Below are positions 8,067 to 18,237 of a DNA stretch of 64,000 bases, one piece after another. The notes below the pieces were generated by a model. It saw only the letters and a program-made list of their open reading frames with translations, was not told the origin of the DNA and did not search any database. Source of the DNA: a candidate division WOR-1 bacterium RIFOXYB2_FULL_45_9 (GTDB taxonomy: Bacteria; Margulisbacteria; WOR-1; O2-12-FULL-45-9; XYB2-FULL-48-7); assembly GCA_001771575.1 (NCBI GenBank), contig MEUD01000001.1:506984-570983 (forward strand), given 5' to 3'. Each line of letters begins with the position of its first letter. The stretch's first letter is position 1. A program made the position numbers and the translations under genes.

Positions 8067-9292
8067 TACTTCCTCCTTGAAAGGGCGTCATTGAATATTT
8101 TTTCGTAAATGGTAACGCAGTTTTCCCTGGAAAAGGCGGTTTCCGCCCCGTGGCGGCCATTTTTACCCATGGTTTCGCGCAACGACGAGTCATTATACAA
8201 TTTTCTAATAACCGCCGCAAGGTCGGCCGGATCGTCCGGCCTGGCGGCCAGCCCGCAATTAAATTCCGCCAGGATCTTTGGCGCGTCCCCCTGCAAAGGC
8301 ATACTGGCGACGACCGGTTTCCCAGCGGCCATAATGCTGAGCATTTTCCCGGGAACGACGGGAGTTGCCAGGTCTTTTCTTAAAGTAACGAGACAAAGAT
8401 CGGAAGCGTGCAGGATTTGCGGATAAATTTTAAGCGGCTGGGTCGGGACAAAAAGAACGTTCTCCAGTTTTTTCTCTCTGGCCAGCGCCTCCAGTTCCCC
8501 TTTTTTTACCCCATCCCCAACCAAAACGAACTGGATGTTCTTCTCTCCTTTTAATATTTCAGCCGCTCCGACCACAACCTCAAGCCCCTGCGCGAAACCC
8601 ATCACCCCGGCGAAAGAAATAACGAATTTTTCCTTAAGGCCGTGCTTGCGGCTAAAATCGTTATCCCTGGGGGACGGCTTGATCTCGTCAATGTCGACCC
8701 AGTTATGGACCACCTCGACCAGGTTACCGCTCGCGCCGTGCGACCTTACGTACTCCTGGTTGCCGGACGAATGGACGGTGATCGCGTCCGACTTCCGATA
8801 GATGAACTTTTCCATGCGGCGCGACACGTCGATCAGCAGTTTGTTTTTGAGCAGGCCGAGGTCGATGACCGTCTGCGGGTAGAGGTCCTGAATATTGACC
8901 ACCACGGGAGCGCGCTTGATCTTGCCGAGCCAAAAACCAGTCACGCCGAGCGGCAAAGGGGGCGAATAGACCAGAATAATATCCGGCCGACCGCTGAACA
9001 GCCCGCCCCAAAAAAAGATCCAGCCCAGGATAAAATGTTCAAATCCCCTGATCAGCGGGATGGTCCGGGCCAGCGGAGGGGTCCGCAGGCGCCGCACCTC
9101 AACGCCGGAAAGTTTTTCCCGCGCCGGGATGCCGGAGAGATCGGTCCCGTCGGCCACGTTATAACGGGGCATCCGGGTAATGACCGAGACCTCGTGCCCC
9201 CGTTTGACCAATGATTCCGCGAGCTCAAAAAATAAGGTCGACGCCGATTTGGTTTCCGGCGGAAAAGCTTCGGACAAAATAAGGATCCGCAT
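8066..9292 (-). CDS. Glycosyltransferase family 4 (WbuB-like)
   Basis: MRILILSEAFPPE, SPPLP, IQDLYP, PGKMLSIMAAGKP; start at TAATG overlap. Confidence 0.9.
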   Translation of the reverse strand: MRILILSEAFPPETKSASTLFFELAESLVKRGHEVSVITRMPRYNVADGTDLSGIPAREKLSGVEVRRLRTPPLARTIPLIRGFEHFILGWIFFWGGLFSGRPDIILVYSPPLPLGVTGFWLGKIKRAPVVVNIQDLYPQTVIDLGLLKNKLLIDVSRRMEKFIYRKSDAITVHSSGNQEYVRSHGASGNLVEVVHNWVDIDEIKPSPRDNDFSRKHGLKEKFVISFAGVMGFAQGLEVVVGAAEILKGEKNIQFVLVGDGVKKGELEALAREKKLENVLFVPTQPLKIYPQILHASDLCLVTLRKDLATPVVPGKMLSIMAAGKPVVASMPLQGDAPKILAEFNCGLAARPDDPADLAAVIRKLYNDSSLRETMGKNGRHGAETAFSRENCVTIYEKIFNDALSRRK

Positions 9293-11451
9293 TACAGGAC
9301 CGACTTGATCTCGACCGGCCGGCCGGTCTTTATCGACTCCATAATGGCGAAGGTCGCCAGAGTGGTGTTGACGTATTCGGAAAAATCGACCGGTATCGGG
9401 CGGCCGCTTTTCAGGCAATTAAAGAAGGTTTCAAACTCATTTTGATGCCCCCGGTCGATATTGAATTTTTTCTTCTTTTCCTTTTTTCCGTCCCGGACAA
9501 ATTCCATGCCGACATAATTATCGAGCACGTAACTCTGGTTGTTGCCGAAAACTTCGATCCTTTCCCGGGCGATCCCCTTATGGCCGACGGAGGTATAGAG
9601 CAGGGTCGCGACCGACCCGTTCTTCAGCTTCATGGTAACGGCGATATTATCCTCGTTCGTCACCTGATCGTTGCCTGATGAGATCGTTTCAGCGAATACC
9701 TTGACCGGGACCGAAGAGGTCGCGTATTGGATCGAATCGATGAAATGACATACTTCGCCGATGACCCGACCTCCCCCTTCATTGTTCAAGGTCCAGTGAG
9801 CTTTGGGCACGAAACCGGCATTGACCCGGCAATTGACGGTCACGGCGCCAACTTCTCCCATTAACTCCTTAGCCCGGACCGCCGAAGGCGCAAAGCGGCG
9901 ATTAAACCCGACCATTAAGCGTTTGCCCGATCTCTCATAAGCGTCCCTGATCTCTTTTAGCTCCGCTTCGTTCATGGCGAGCGGTTTTTCCACAAAAACG
10001 TCTTTGCCGGCGGCCAGTGCCTTGACGATCATTTTAGCGTGGAGATCGTGGCGCGTGGCAATGATGACCGCGTTGATCTTGTCGTCATGGAGGATCTCCT
10101 GATAATCGGTAGTACAGTACTCAAAGCCATACTGGCTGGCGACGTTACGTCCGGAAAGTCCGGTCGCCGTCGCCACCCCTCTCAAAGTAAGGCCGGAGAT
10201 CTTCTTTAAACATGGAAGAATGGTCACGTTGGTGAACAATCCAGCCCCGATCAGACCAACGACCGGTTGGCCGGGTTGATGATCGATCTTTGGAGAAGCA
10301 ACAACGATTTTTTTCTCCTGGGCGGGTTTTTCCTTGTACTGAAGCAAAACGCCAAGATAATAAGGATGGTCCTTGCTTAGGAGAAGATCATAAGCCTTTA
10401 AGGCGTCATCAATGCTAAAACGGTGGGTAATGACCGGAGCCATGGTTACCCGCCCGCCGGCGACCAGGTTCAGGTATTCCTTCATGTTCCCCGCCTGCGT
10501 CCAGCGGACCAAGCCGAGTGGATAATTATGGCCTTTTAGCTCCCAATCCGGGTCGAATTTCCCGGGGCCGGTCGCGCGGGAAACGATAAGGGAAAGCTCT
10601 TTTTCAAAAAACACGTTGCGCGGCACTTCAAGCTTGACCAGTCCGCACGCCACGATCTTTCCCTTCTCCCTGGTAATTTCCGCGGCCAGGTCCAATGGGT
10701 CATTGCTGTTAGTTGAAGCCATAATAATTGTCGCGTCAAAGCCCGGGCCACCGGTCAATAGCTTGGCTTTGGTCGCCAATTCCTGCCGATCGGTCGTCGC
10801 CCCCCTGGCCCCCAATTCGATTGCCAGACCGACTTTTCTCGCGTCAAGATCAAAACCGAACGCGTCACAGCCCCAGGCCCTCAAGACCTGGACCGAGATC
10901 TGGCCGAGCATTCCGAGTCCGATCACAGCAACCTTTGAGCCGAAGGTCAGGTCGGCGCTCCGGATGGCGTGGATGGCGATCGCCGCGATATAAGCAAACG
11001 CGGCGTCTTCTTCCGATACCCCATCGGGGACCTTAACACAGTCGTTTTTCGGCACCCAGGTGATTTCGGAATGGGTCGCGAACAGATCACTGCCGCAGGC
11101 GACGCGATCGCCGACTTTAAACTCATCAACCCCTTCGCCCACCGCCAGGACTTCGCCGGCAGAACTGTAGCCGAGCGGCTGTTGGGTTTCCATTCGCCCC
11201 TTGACCGCCTGATACGCTTCCATAACCCCTTCGGTTTTAACTTTGTCGATTAATCGGCGGACCAGGTCCGGCCGCGACATCGCCTTGCCGACCAAATTCT
11301 GCTGGGCCAGGTTAACGATCAGTTTTTCCGTGCCGACGCTGACCGCCGAGCGGGTGGTCTTGACCAGGACCCCGCCTGGCTTGACCTGCGGGGCCGGAAC
11401 ATCTACCAAGTTCAATTCTCCAGTTTTAAAGCTCTGCACGACTTGTTTCAT
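9292..11451 (-). CDS. Bi-domain oxidoreductase (MDR alcohol dehydrogenase + Gfo/Idh/MocA)
   Basis: SAVSVGTE, PLGYSSAG, GLGMLG; then GLIGAG, VFVEKP, VGFNRRF, GEVCHFID. Confidence 0.9.
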   Translation of the reverse strand: MKQVVQSFKTGELNLVDVPAPQVKPGGVLVKTTRSAVSVGTEKLIVNLAQQNLVGKAMSRPDLVRRLIDKVKTEGVMEAYQAVKGRMETQQPLGYSSAGEVLAVGEGVDEFKVGDRVACGSDLFATHSEITWVPKNDCVKVPDGVSEEDAAFAYIAAIAIHAIRSADLTFGSKVAVIGLGMLGQISVQVLRAWGCDAFGFDLDARKVGLAIELGARGATTDRQELATKAKLLTGGPGFDATIIMASTNSNDPLDLAAEITREKGKIVACGLVKLEVPRNVFFEKELSLIVSRATGPGKFDPDWELKGHNYPLGLVRWTQAGNMKEYLNLVAGGRVTMAPVITHRFSIDDALKAYDLLLSKDHPYYLGVLLQYKEKPAQEKKIVVASPKIDHQPGQPVVGLIGAGLFTNVTILPCLKKISGLTLRGVATATGLSGRNVASQYGFEYCTTDYQEILHDDKINAVIIATRHDLHAKMIVKALAAGKDVFVEKPLAMNEAELKEIRDAYERSGKRLMVGFNRRFAPSAVRAKELMGEVGAVTVNCRVNAGFVPKAHWTLNNEGGGRVIGEVCHFIDSIQYATSSVPVKVFAETISSGNDQVTNEDNIAVTMKLKNGSVATLLYTSVGHKGIARERIEVFGNNQSYVLDNYVGMEFVRDGKKEKKKKFNIDRGHQNEFETFFNCLKSGRPIPVDFSEYVNTTLATFAIMESIKTGRPVEIKSVL

Positions 11452-11471
11452 GGCAATTCCTTTCCATTCAT

Positions 11472-12707
11472 TTATTTCTTTCCGCGTCCCGCGACCTCGG
11501 CAAACAATTCCTCGTACTTTTTCGAACAAACGGCCAGAGAATAGTTGGCGATAACCCACTCTCTCCCCTGCCTGCCGAATTTTTCGCCTAGAGCGCGATC
11601 GCTGAACAATTTTAGCACGGCGTCGCGAAAAGCGGCGGCGTCTCCCGCCTTAACTACGAGCCCGGAACCGGACCTTTCGATAAATTTCGGCGCGTCGCCG
11701 AAAAGCGGCAAACTGGCCAGGACCGGCCGGCCAGCCGACATGATACTAAGCATTTTCGACGGTACGACCGGCGTCGCGACCGAGGCGTTTAGCGTCAGCA
11801 GACCGACGTCCGAAGCAGCCAACAGTTTAACATATTTATCGCGCGGCTGAATAGGGATCATGACGACGTTTTTTAGGCCGAGCTCCCGCCATCTGGCTTC
11901 GGTCTCGGCGTGCTTGGGACCGTTCCCGGCCAGCAGGAAGACGAGCTTCTCTTCGCCCTCCAAAAGCCTGGCGCAGTTAAAGATGATCTCCATGTCCTGC
12001 GATTCGGCGATGCATCCGGCAAAGGTCAGGACGAACTTGCCTCCCAGGCCCAAGGATTCGCGGAATTCATTCTCCTTTTCCCCCGGTTTAATGTAGTCGG
12101 TGTCAACCCAGTTGTAGACGACCGTCACCTTATCGGGATCGCCGGCGGTCTTTTCGACGATCGCCTTGTTGCTCTCCGACATCACCGTGATCCGGTCGAC
12201 CAGGCGGTAGATCAGCTTCTCCAGAAAACGCGACATCCCGATCAACAGCCGGTTCTTCATCAGACCAAGATCGATCAAGCTCTGGGGAAAAAGGTCCTGC
12301 ACGTTCATGACCACCCTGCTCCCGGTGATCGCCCTGATCAAAACGGCGGCGTACCCGACAACGATGGGTGGAGAATATACCAGCATAACGTCGGTCCGGC
12401 CGGCGCGCGCGGCGGCGACGACCAGGCAAACGATGTTCAGCAAGTGCTCGATCTCCCGGAGAAGGGGGATCCTTCTTGACAACTGCGGAATATTGACCCT
12501 GATCACCCTGACCCCATCCCGCGCCTCTTCGACAAACCAGCCGCCGCTATTTTTCGGCCAGAGCTCACGGGGAATATGGCGGGGAAATCTGGTAACTACG
12601 ACGACATCGTGCCCCTTCGCTTTAAGGTCCTGGGCCAATTCATAGAACTGATTGGCAGCGGCGCCGATCTCCGGAGGATAGCAATTGGTCAAGAGCAGTA
12701 TTTTCAT
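11472..12707 (-). CDS. Glycosyltransferase family 4 (WbuB-like)
   Basis: YPPEIGA, VQDLFP, PSKMLSIMSAGRP; paralog of 8066-9292. Confidence 0.9.
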   Translation of the reverse strand: MKILLLTNCYPPEIGAAANQFYELAQDLKAKGHDVVVVTRFPRHIPRELWPKNSGGWFVEEARDGVRVIRVNIPQLSRRIPLLREIEHLLNIVCLVVAAARAGRTDVMLVYSPPIVVGYAAVLIRAITGSRVVMNVQDLFPQSLIDLGLMKNRLLIGMSRFLEKLIYRLVDRITVMSESNKAIVEKTAGDPDKVTVVYNWVDTDYIKPGEKENEFRESLGLGGKFVLTFAGCIAESQDMEIIFNCARLLEGEEKLVFLLAGNGPKHAETEARWRELGLKNVVMIPIQPRDKYVKLLAASDVGLLTLNASVATPVVPSKMLSIMSAGRPVLASLPLFGDAPKFIERSGSGLVVKAGDAAAFRDAVLKLFSDRALGEKFGRQGREWVIANYSLAVCSKKYEELFAEVAGRGKK

Positions 12708-12710
12708 GGG

Positions 12711-13733
12711 TCAAAACACCCTCGGACAGCTGCTGCACAATTTTGAGCCCTGTCTCCCTCGCAAGATCAGCCGCCGGAGCGCCCGATAACGGTCGCCGTT
12801 CCAGAGCTTCTTTACTCCGCCGTCAAAAGCGTTGCCGACGACATAGGTCTCGTTGTAATCAAAACAGCACGGGACCACTTTTCCGTCCCAGCCGACGATA
12901 CAGCCGCTCCAGGCCCAGCCGCAGGTCCGATCGACTTTCATCACCGAAGGCATTATATTCTTGAACCGCTTATCCCTGGGGACATACTTCCCGGTATCTT
13001 TTTCACCGGCGGAATTTCCCAGATACATTTCCCAATAAGTTGAAAAATTGGCCTTGTCGACCCCTAGCTCTTTCGCCAGCGCCCGAAAAGTTTCCATTTC
13101 AGAGGTATTATTTTCCATCAGGATCATATTAATGGTCACGAACGGCCGCTTCAATCCAAGACGCTTCCTTAGTTCCATCAAACGTTTGATGTTTTCTTTA
13201 AGTCGATTAAAATCCCCTCCCGGCCGATTGACGCGGTAGGTCTCTTCTGAAGCGGCGTCGACCGAGACGATCAATTCTTCCAGGCCGGAGCGAACCAATT
13301 TTTCCGCTTTTTCGGCGTTGAGCGCGTTGCCGTTGGTGCTAAGCATGACCGAAATATTTTTGCCGCGAGCGTATTCGATCATCTTAAAGATGTCGGGATG
13401 CAGTAACGGTTCCCCCAGATTGAAAGGCCCAACCTTATACAGATAAGGGGCCATTTCATCGACGATCCGCTTGTAGTTTTCAAAAGACATCAGGCCCCTT
13501 TTTCTGACCGAATAGCCCTTGCCCGACGAGCACATCGGGCATTGCAGGTCGCAAGTGTTGTTTACCTCAATGCTCATGTGCATGGGATAGCCCAGCACCC
13601 GGTCGGATTTTAAGACACGCCGGGAGATCTGGTTCAGTACCAGGTTAAGCAGTCTTCGCGGCGTGTGCCGCCGCGGAAACCCGGTCATCTGATCGAATAA
13701 GAAATATTTAATATAATTCGTTCTTTTGTTCAT
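12711..13733 (-). CDS. Radical SAM protein with SPASM/twitch domain
   Basis: CDLQCPMC, GEPLLHP, STNG; C-terminal CGWAW...GKVVPCCFD...CSSC. Confidence 0.9.
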   Translation of the reverse strand: MNKRTNYIKYFLFDQMTGFPRRHTPRRLLNLVLNQISRRVLKSDRVLGYPMHMSIEVNNTCDLQCPMCSSGKGYSVRKRGLMSFENYKRIVDEMAPYLYKVGPFNLGEPLLHPDIFKMIEYARGKNISVMLSTNGNALNAEKAEKLVRSGLEELIVSVDAASEETYRVNRPGGDFNRLKENIKRLMELRKRLGLKRPFVTINMILMENNTSEMETFRALAKELGVDKANFSTYWEMYLGNSAGEKDTGKYVPRDKRFKNIMPSVMKVDRTCGWAWSGCIVGWDGKVVPCCFDYNETYVVGNAFDGGVKKLWNGDRYRALRRLILRGRQGSKLCSSCPRVF

Positions 13734-14833
13734 TTAATTTCTCCAAATATTTTAATTATTTCCAGCACGGTATTGTCCCAGGTGAATTTTTGCGCCTTCT
13801 CCCTCCCTTTATCCGACAATTCCCGGCGCAGTTTTTCATCGCCGATCAGTTTAACAATGAGCCCGGTAAGTTGCAATTGATCAAATGGATCAAAGGTCAA
13901 TCCGGAGGTCCCGATCATTTCAGGCAGACAGGTGGCATTGGAGGCGATCACCGGCATACCGGCCGCCATCGCTTCAATTATCGGCAAACTGAAGCTTTCC
14001 ACCAGCGACGGGAGGACAAAGATGAGCCCTTCGGCGTAAGCCCGGGTCAAAGCGTCTCCCGCGAGCATACCGGTAAAAATAATGTTATCGCGCGTTTTCC
14101 GATCAACGCATAACTCCAGCAGCTGCTCGCGGTATTTTGCGTCGACCGCTCCGACAAGCTTCAACTTGTGCCGGTTTTTGATCTCCGCCGGCAGGGAATC
14201 GTAAGCCTTGATCAGCACTTCATAATTTTTACGGCTGGAAATATTGGAGACCGAAAGGATACCGCTCCGCGGGCGGCCCGCTTCCGGCATGGAAAAACGC
14301 TCTATATCGGCGCCCAAAAATATCCGCCGCGTCTTGCGGCGGTCGATGCCGGTCGCCTTCAGAGCCAGTTCCCTGGAATAATCCGAAGAAAAGATAACGA
14401 CGTCGGAAAATCTCATCGACAGCACGGTGATCTGTTTCAGGAGCCAAACCCTCAAACGTTTAAGCGCGCTCTCCCCGGCCACCTGAACGAACGGATCGAT
14501 GTTTTGGATCCAAAGGACTTTTTTGCAAGGCGCGAAAAACGGGGCGATGTTCGCCGGACAGAACAGAACGTCGATCTTTTTATTAAAAATTATCAAGGGG
14601 ACGATGAATTGCTCTTTCAGCAGGCGGTTGATCAGGCCGGCGACTTTAATGACCACAACCCTGACCCGGCTGGCGAGGAGTTCCTTATCGCATAGTTTTT
14701 CGTAATTCTCGTTGGAAACCAATAATTGATAATCATTGCCGGAGTCCATTTTCACGAGACGCGGAACGATGTTCTGAATGTAAGTTATGCCGCCGCCAAG
14801 TTTGGCGGACAGGGCGTTAATCGCGATCTTCAT
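13730..14833 (-). CDS. Glycosyltransferase family 4
   Basis: RKN, PSLVESFSLPIIEAMAAG, FTWD. Confidence 0.9.
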   Translation of the reverse strand: MKIAINALSAKLGGGITYIQNIVPRLVKMDSGNDYQLLVSNENYEKLCDKELLASRVRVVVIKVAGLINRLLKEQFIVPLIIFNKKIDVLFCPANIAPFFAPCKKVLWIQNIDPFVQVAGESALKRLRVWLLKQITVLSMRFSDVVIFSSDYSRELALKATGIDRRKTRRIFLGADIERFSMPEAGRPRSGILSVSNISSRKNYEVLIKAYDSLPAEIKNRHKLKLVGAVDAKYREQLLELCVDRKTRDNIIFTGMLAGDALTRAYAEGLIFVLPSLVESFSLPIIEAMAAGMPVIASNATCLPEMIGTSGLTFDPFDQLQLTGLIVKLIGDEKLRRELSDKGREKAQKFTWDNTVLEIIKIFGEIK

Positions 14834-16125
14834 TTTGAACGCTCCAGAGCTAAAGCCCTTTTTCGCTTAAGATTGACCGCTCCTTCGGAAAAAAGCTGAA
14901 CGATAAAGATCAGGAGCAACACTGAAAACACATTCTGGGTAAAATATCGGAAACACCAGGCGAATTTCTCGCTGACGATGTCGACGCCGGCCACCCCAAG
15001 AAAACTGTAATAAAAAAACTGGCCCGATAGCCCGCGGCGGCGCATTCTCTCGAAAAAAATAAAAATAAAGGCCAGCAAAGCGCTAAAAGCGATTATCCCA
15101 AAAAAACCTCCTGCCGCCATAGCTTCGGCAATGTAATGAAAACCTCCTTGAGGTGACATCCTGCCTATTCCGCCGTTATCATCCTGCCAAGAGGCCAGAA
15201 GGCCGCTTTCGGCGATCTTATTTTCCCCGCTCGCGGCATATACAAAGTTTGGCACGTAGATTAAAACCGAATCGACCAGATAGTGAGTAAACATCGTATA
15301 ATAGGTGATCCCTCCTCTTTGCCAACGATCGATGATATACAAAGCGGGATACGCGGAAAAAACGCTGTCGGCATAGATCGGCATCAGGAGATATTTCGGC
15401 GTCCGCACGACCCGATCGATTATGTTGGAACGATAAAGCGCTATCGCTGATAAAAAAAGCGATCCGACCAAGCCTAGGATCACCAGATGCCTGACGTTAA
15501 TGATCCGCCGATTAAAAAGATAAGCCATATACGCCGCGGTGGCGACCAACAGATACATCCGTCCGCCGTAAAGAAAGGTCGAAAAGCAAAAGCCCAAAAA
15601 AACAATAAGTGTCAATAATTCAATTTTCTCAACCAACATATAGTAAATAAATACCCCGACAAAAACATTCCTGATATTGGCGTTGATCGAATGGGTTAGC
15701 CAGTCCGCCCCCATGTATCGCGTCTTAACGCTAAGAACAAGCATCAAAACGTTAAAAATGGTCAAGATCAAAAAAATGAAGAAAACATGCTTTTTGGCGT
15801 ACTTCTTTTCTACCGGCGGCTCAAACGTTCTCGCGGCAGAGCGATCGATCCTGCCAAAAACCAGGTAAATAAGCGAGAACACAAAAAGGGAAAGCGCGTT
15901 AAACAACAAAAACACGCTAACAACCTCGCCATTGTTGTTGAGCGCCATTCCGCCAAAAACATTGTTCGGGAAAAAACCAATGATAATTAAATAAGTGCCA
16001 AGCCAATAATACAACCATTGGATACCAAAAAAAGAATAAAGCGAAAGCAGTCCCGGCCGACGCTTAATATAAACGTAGACGTAAAATATTGCCGATAATA
16101 TTAAGACAAATATCGCGTTTTCCAT
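14830..16125 (-). CDS. wzy: Putative O-antigen/polysaccharide polymerase
   Basis: About 10-11 hydrophobic segments, GGR motif, large loop, AT-rich, located among GT genes. Confidence 0.65.
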   Translation of the reverse strand: MENAIFVLILSAIFYVYVYIKRRPGLLSLYSFFGIQWLYYWLGTYLIIIGFFPNNVFGGMALNNNGEVVSVFLLFNALSLFVFSLIYLVFGRIDRSAARTFEPPVEKKYAKKHVFFIFLILTIFNVLMLVLSVKTRYMGADWLTHSINANIRNVFVGVFIYYMLVEKIELLTLIVFLGFCFSTFLYGGRMYLLVATAAYMAYLFNRRIINVRHLVILGLVGSLFLSAIALYRSNIIDRVVRTPKYLLMPIYADSVFSAYPALYIIDRWQRGGITYYTMFTHYLVDSVLIYVPNFVYAASGENKIAESGLLASWQDDNGGIGRMSPQGGFHYIAEAMAAGGFFGIIAFSALLAFIFIFFERMRRRGLSGQFFYYSFLGVAGVDIVSEKFAWCFRYFTQNVFSVLLLIFIVQLFSEGAVNLKRKRALALERSK

Positions 16126-16135
16126 TGAGGTTAAA

Positions 16136-17347
16136 TCATCGTTCCCCGCTTACCGGACCCAGCAGACGATACGTAATCCTTTCTAATTCCCGATAGCAAA
16201 TATTTTGATCGGCCCGTTCCCTGATTATCTCCGCGTTTCGCCGGCCAAATAAAGACCGTACTTCGCGATCTCTAATGACCTCTATAATAGCTTTTGCGGC
16301 CCCACCCACATCATCGGGCCTTAACAAGTAGCCGTTCCAACCAGGCTTGATCCATTCTCTGATGTTTGGCAGGTCTGAAACCACGGGAGTTGCCCCGCAA
16401 GCCATTGCTTCCAGCATTGATAAAGATCCGGAATCGGTAAAAGAAAGAGAGGCATAAACGTCGGCGCAACGATAATATCGTCCCATGCTTTCGTACTCGG
16501 ATTTTCCAATCCATATGATCTTATCATATATTCCAAGAGACTTGGACAAATTTTCAAACTTATTTATTTCCGGAGCTGAATAATATTTCAGGATCAAGCG
16601 CGCGGCCGGAACTTCAGCGACAACCAGGGCAAACGCTTTTAGCAGTCCGGAAATATTGTAATATTTATCGAACAGTCCCCTCGTGCTCAATACAATGGGA
16701 TGACCGTTCAGTCCAAATCTGTCAAGCAACGGTTGGGGATCGATCTCCGGATTAAAAAGCGAAAGATCAACGCCAAAGTGCTGGTACGCGGTCTTTTCGC
16801 TTGGCGCGCCCAGTTCTATGGCGAGCTGGTTTGACTCTTCGGAAGGATGAACAATGAAATCGGCCCTTTTTAGAATATATCTGGTGATCAATCTGTGCGA
16901 AAGGAATTTTCTTGGAAAAAACATGATATCAGCCCCACCCGTACAGATCATAAATGGATGAAAACCGGTAAAGATCCCGATATAGCCGCCAAACCCGATA
17001 TAAAAAGCCTGCAAAATATCGGGTCGCAGTTCACGAATTATTTTTCTAGCCCGGTAAATATATAACGGATACTTTAAGTAACTCAAATAATAAAACTTGA
17101 TCTTCGCAATGAATTCCCGGATATAACCATCTTTTGTTTTCGCGGCCGTCGCTTCAGCGCTTCCCTTAACCGGCAAACGTTTGCCGGACAGAGAATGCAC
17201 GGTTACTCCGGGCACGGGACAATCGGAATTAGACAAGAGATGCACCTCATGGCCCTGTCCGGCAAACCATTTGACCCAGCGCTGCACATGGATACTATCG
17301 GACCAGCCGATAAAACAAATTTTTAATTTTTTATTTTTTTTATCCAT
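16136..17347 (-). CDS. Glycosyltransferase family 4
   Basis: SIHVQRW, GVDLSLF, DSGSLSMLEAMACG. Confidence 0.88.
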   Translation of the reverse strand: MDKKNKKLKICFIGWSDSIHVQRWVKWFAGQGHEVHLLSNSDCPVPGVTVHSLSGKRLPVKGSAEATAAKTKDGYIREFIAKIKFYYLSYLKYPLYIYRARKIIRELRPDILQAFYIGFGGYIGIFTGFHPFMICTGGADIMFFPRKFLSHRLITRYILKRADFIVHPSEESNQLAIELGAPSEKTAYQHFGVDLSLFNPEIDPQPLLDRFGLNGHPIVLSTRGLFDKYYNISGLLKAFALVVAEVPAARLILKYYSAPEINKFENLSKSLGIYDKIIWIGKSEYESMGRYYRCADVYASLSFTDSGSLSMLEAMACGATPVVSDLPNIREWIKPGWNGYLLRPDDVGGAAKAIIEVIRDREVRSLFGRRNAEIIRERADQNICYRELERITYRLLGPVSGER

Positions 17348-18237
17348 TTAATCAGTCTCCGCCATATCATTTCCAAGCTCAGACTGGTAGCGTAATAAGG
17401 ATTATTCAACAAAGACATTGCCGCTGTCCGCAAACCCTGCCGTAATTGGCCATATAAAAAATGTCGATAACTCAATCGAAGATAGATCCTGGACAAAGAA
17501 GAGCGGTAAAGCAGGAACTTATCGAGCGGATAACGGGAAACATACCCTTGAAAGTGCTTTCGCACGACCCTAAGCTCATTGTTGAAAGCCGTCGTGAAAT
17601 CATGACTTAGATTGTTCTTATGGATCCGATAATCTCCCAATGTTTCGTTAAGGAAAAAAAACTTCTTTCCTCGAGCGGCCAATCGGAGCCAGGTTTCGTA
17701 ATCTTCAACATGAACGAACCCTTTGTCCCCATCGAACCCTCCGATCTCGTCCATCGCTATTTTCTTGACCACGGTCGCGCTTCCCAGAACGCAATTGCCC
17801 AGCAAAAGGGAGCGAAAAGCATCGCCTTTTTCCGGACCAACGAACAAAATCCCTCCCGGCCTCCCATGGACAACCGTGCGCAGGTCATGCGTCACCAGAT
17901 CAACTTCTGGATTTTCTGCGAATATTTTCATGACCCTGGCCAGCTTCTCCGGATACCAGGAATCATCTGAATCAAGATAGGCCAAATACTCTCCCCGTGC
18001 CAATTTCCCGCCGGTATTGCGCGGCCCGGCGACCGATCCGGTATCGGACTGATAATGATAACGTAATTTATCCCAGGCCAGCCGCTCCACCACTTCTCTG
18101 GTATTGTCTGTTGATCCGTTATCGATCACGATCACTTCGTAGTCCAAATAGGTTTGCGCTTTGACCGAACCAAGGCAGTCAGGAAGAAAATGAGCGTGAT
18201 TGTGCGCGGCGATAACGACCGATACCTTCGGGGTCAT
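17323..18237 (-). CDS. Glycosyltransferase family 2
   Basis: VSVVIAAHN, DNGSTD, YLDSDD, EDYETWLR. Confidence 0.92.
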   Translation of the reverse strand: MTPKVSVVIAAHNHAHFLPDCLGSVKAQTYLDYEVIVIDNGSTDNTREVVERLAWDKLRYHYQSDTGSVAGPRNTGGKLARGEYLAYLDSDDSWYPEKLARVMKIFAENPEVDLVTHDLRTVVHGRPGGILFVGPEKGDAFRSLLLGNCVLGSATVVKKIAMDEIGGFDGDKGFVHVEDYETWLRLAARGKKFFFLNETLGDYRIHKNNLSHDFTTAFNNELRVVRKHFQGYVSRYPLDKFLLYRSSLSRIYLRLSYRHFLYGQLRQGLRTAAMSLLNNPYYATSLSLEMIWRRLIKWIKKIKN

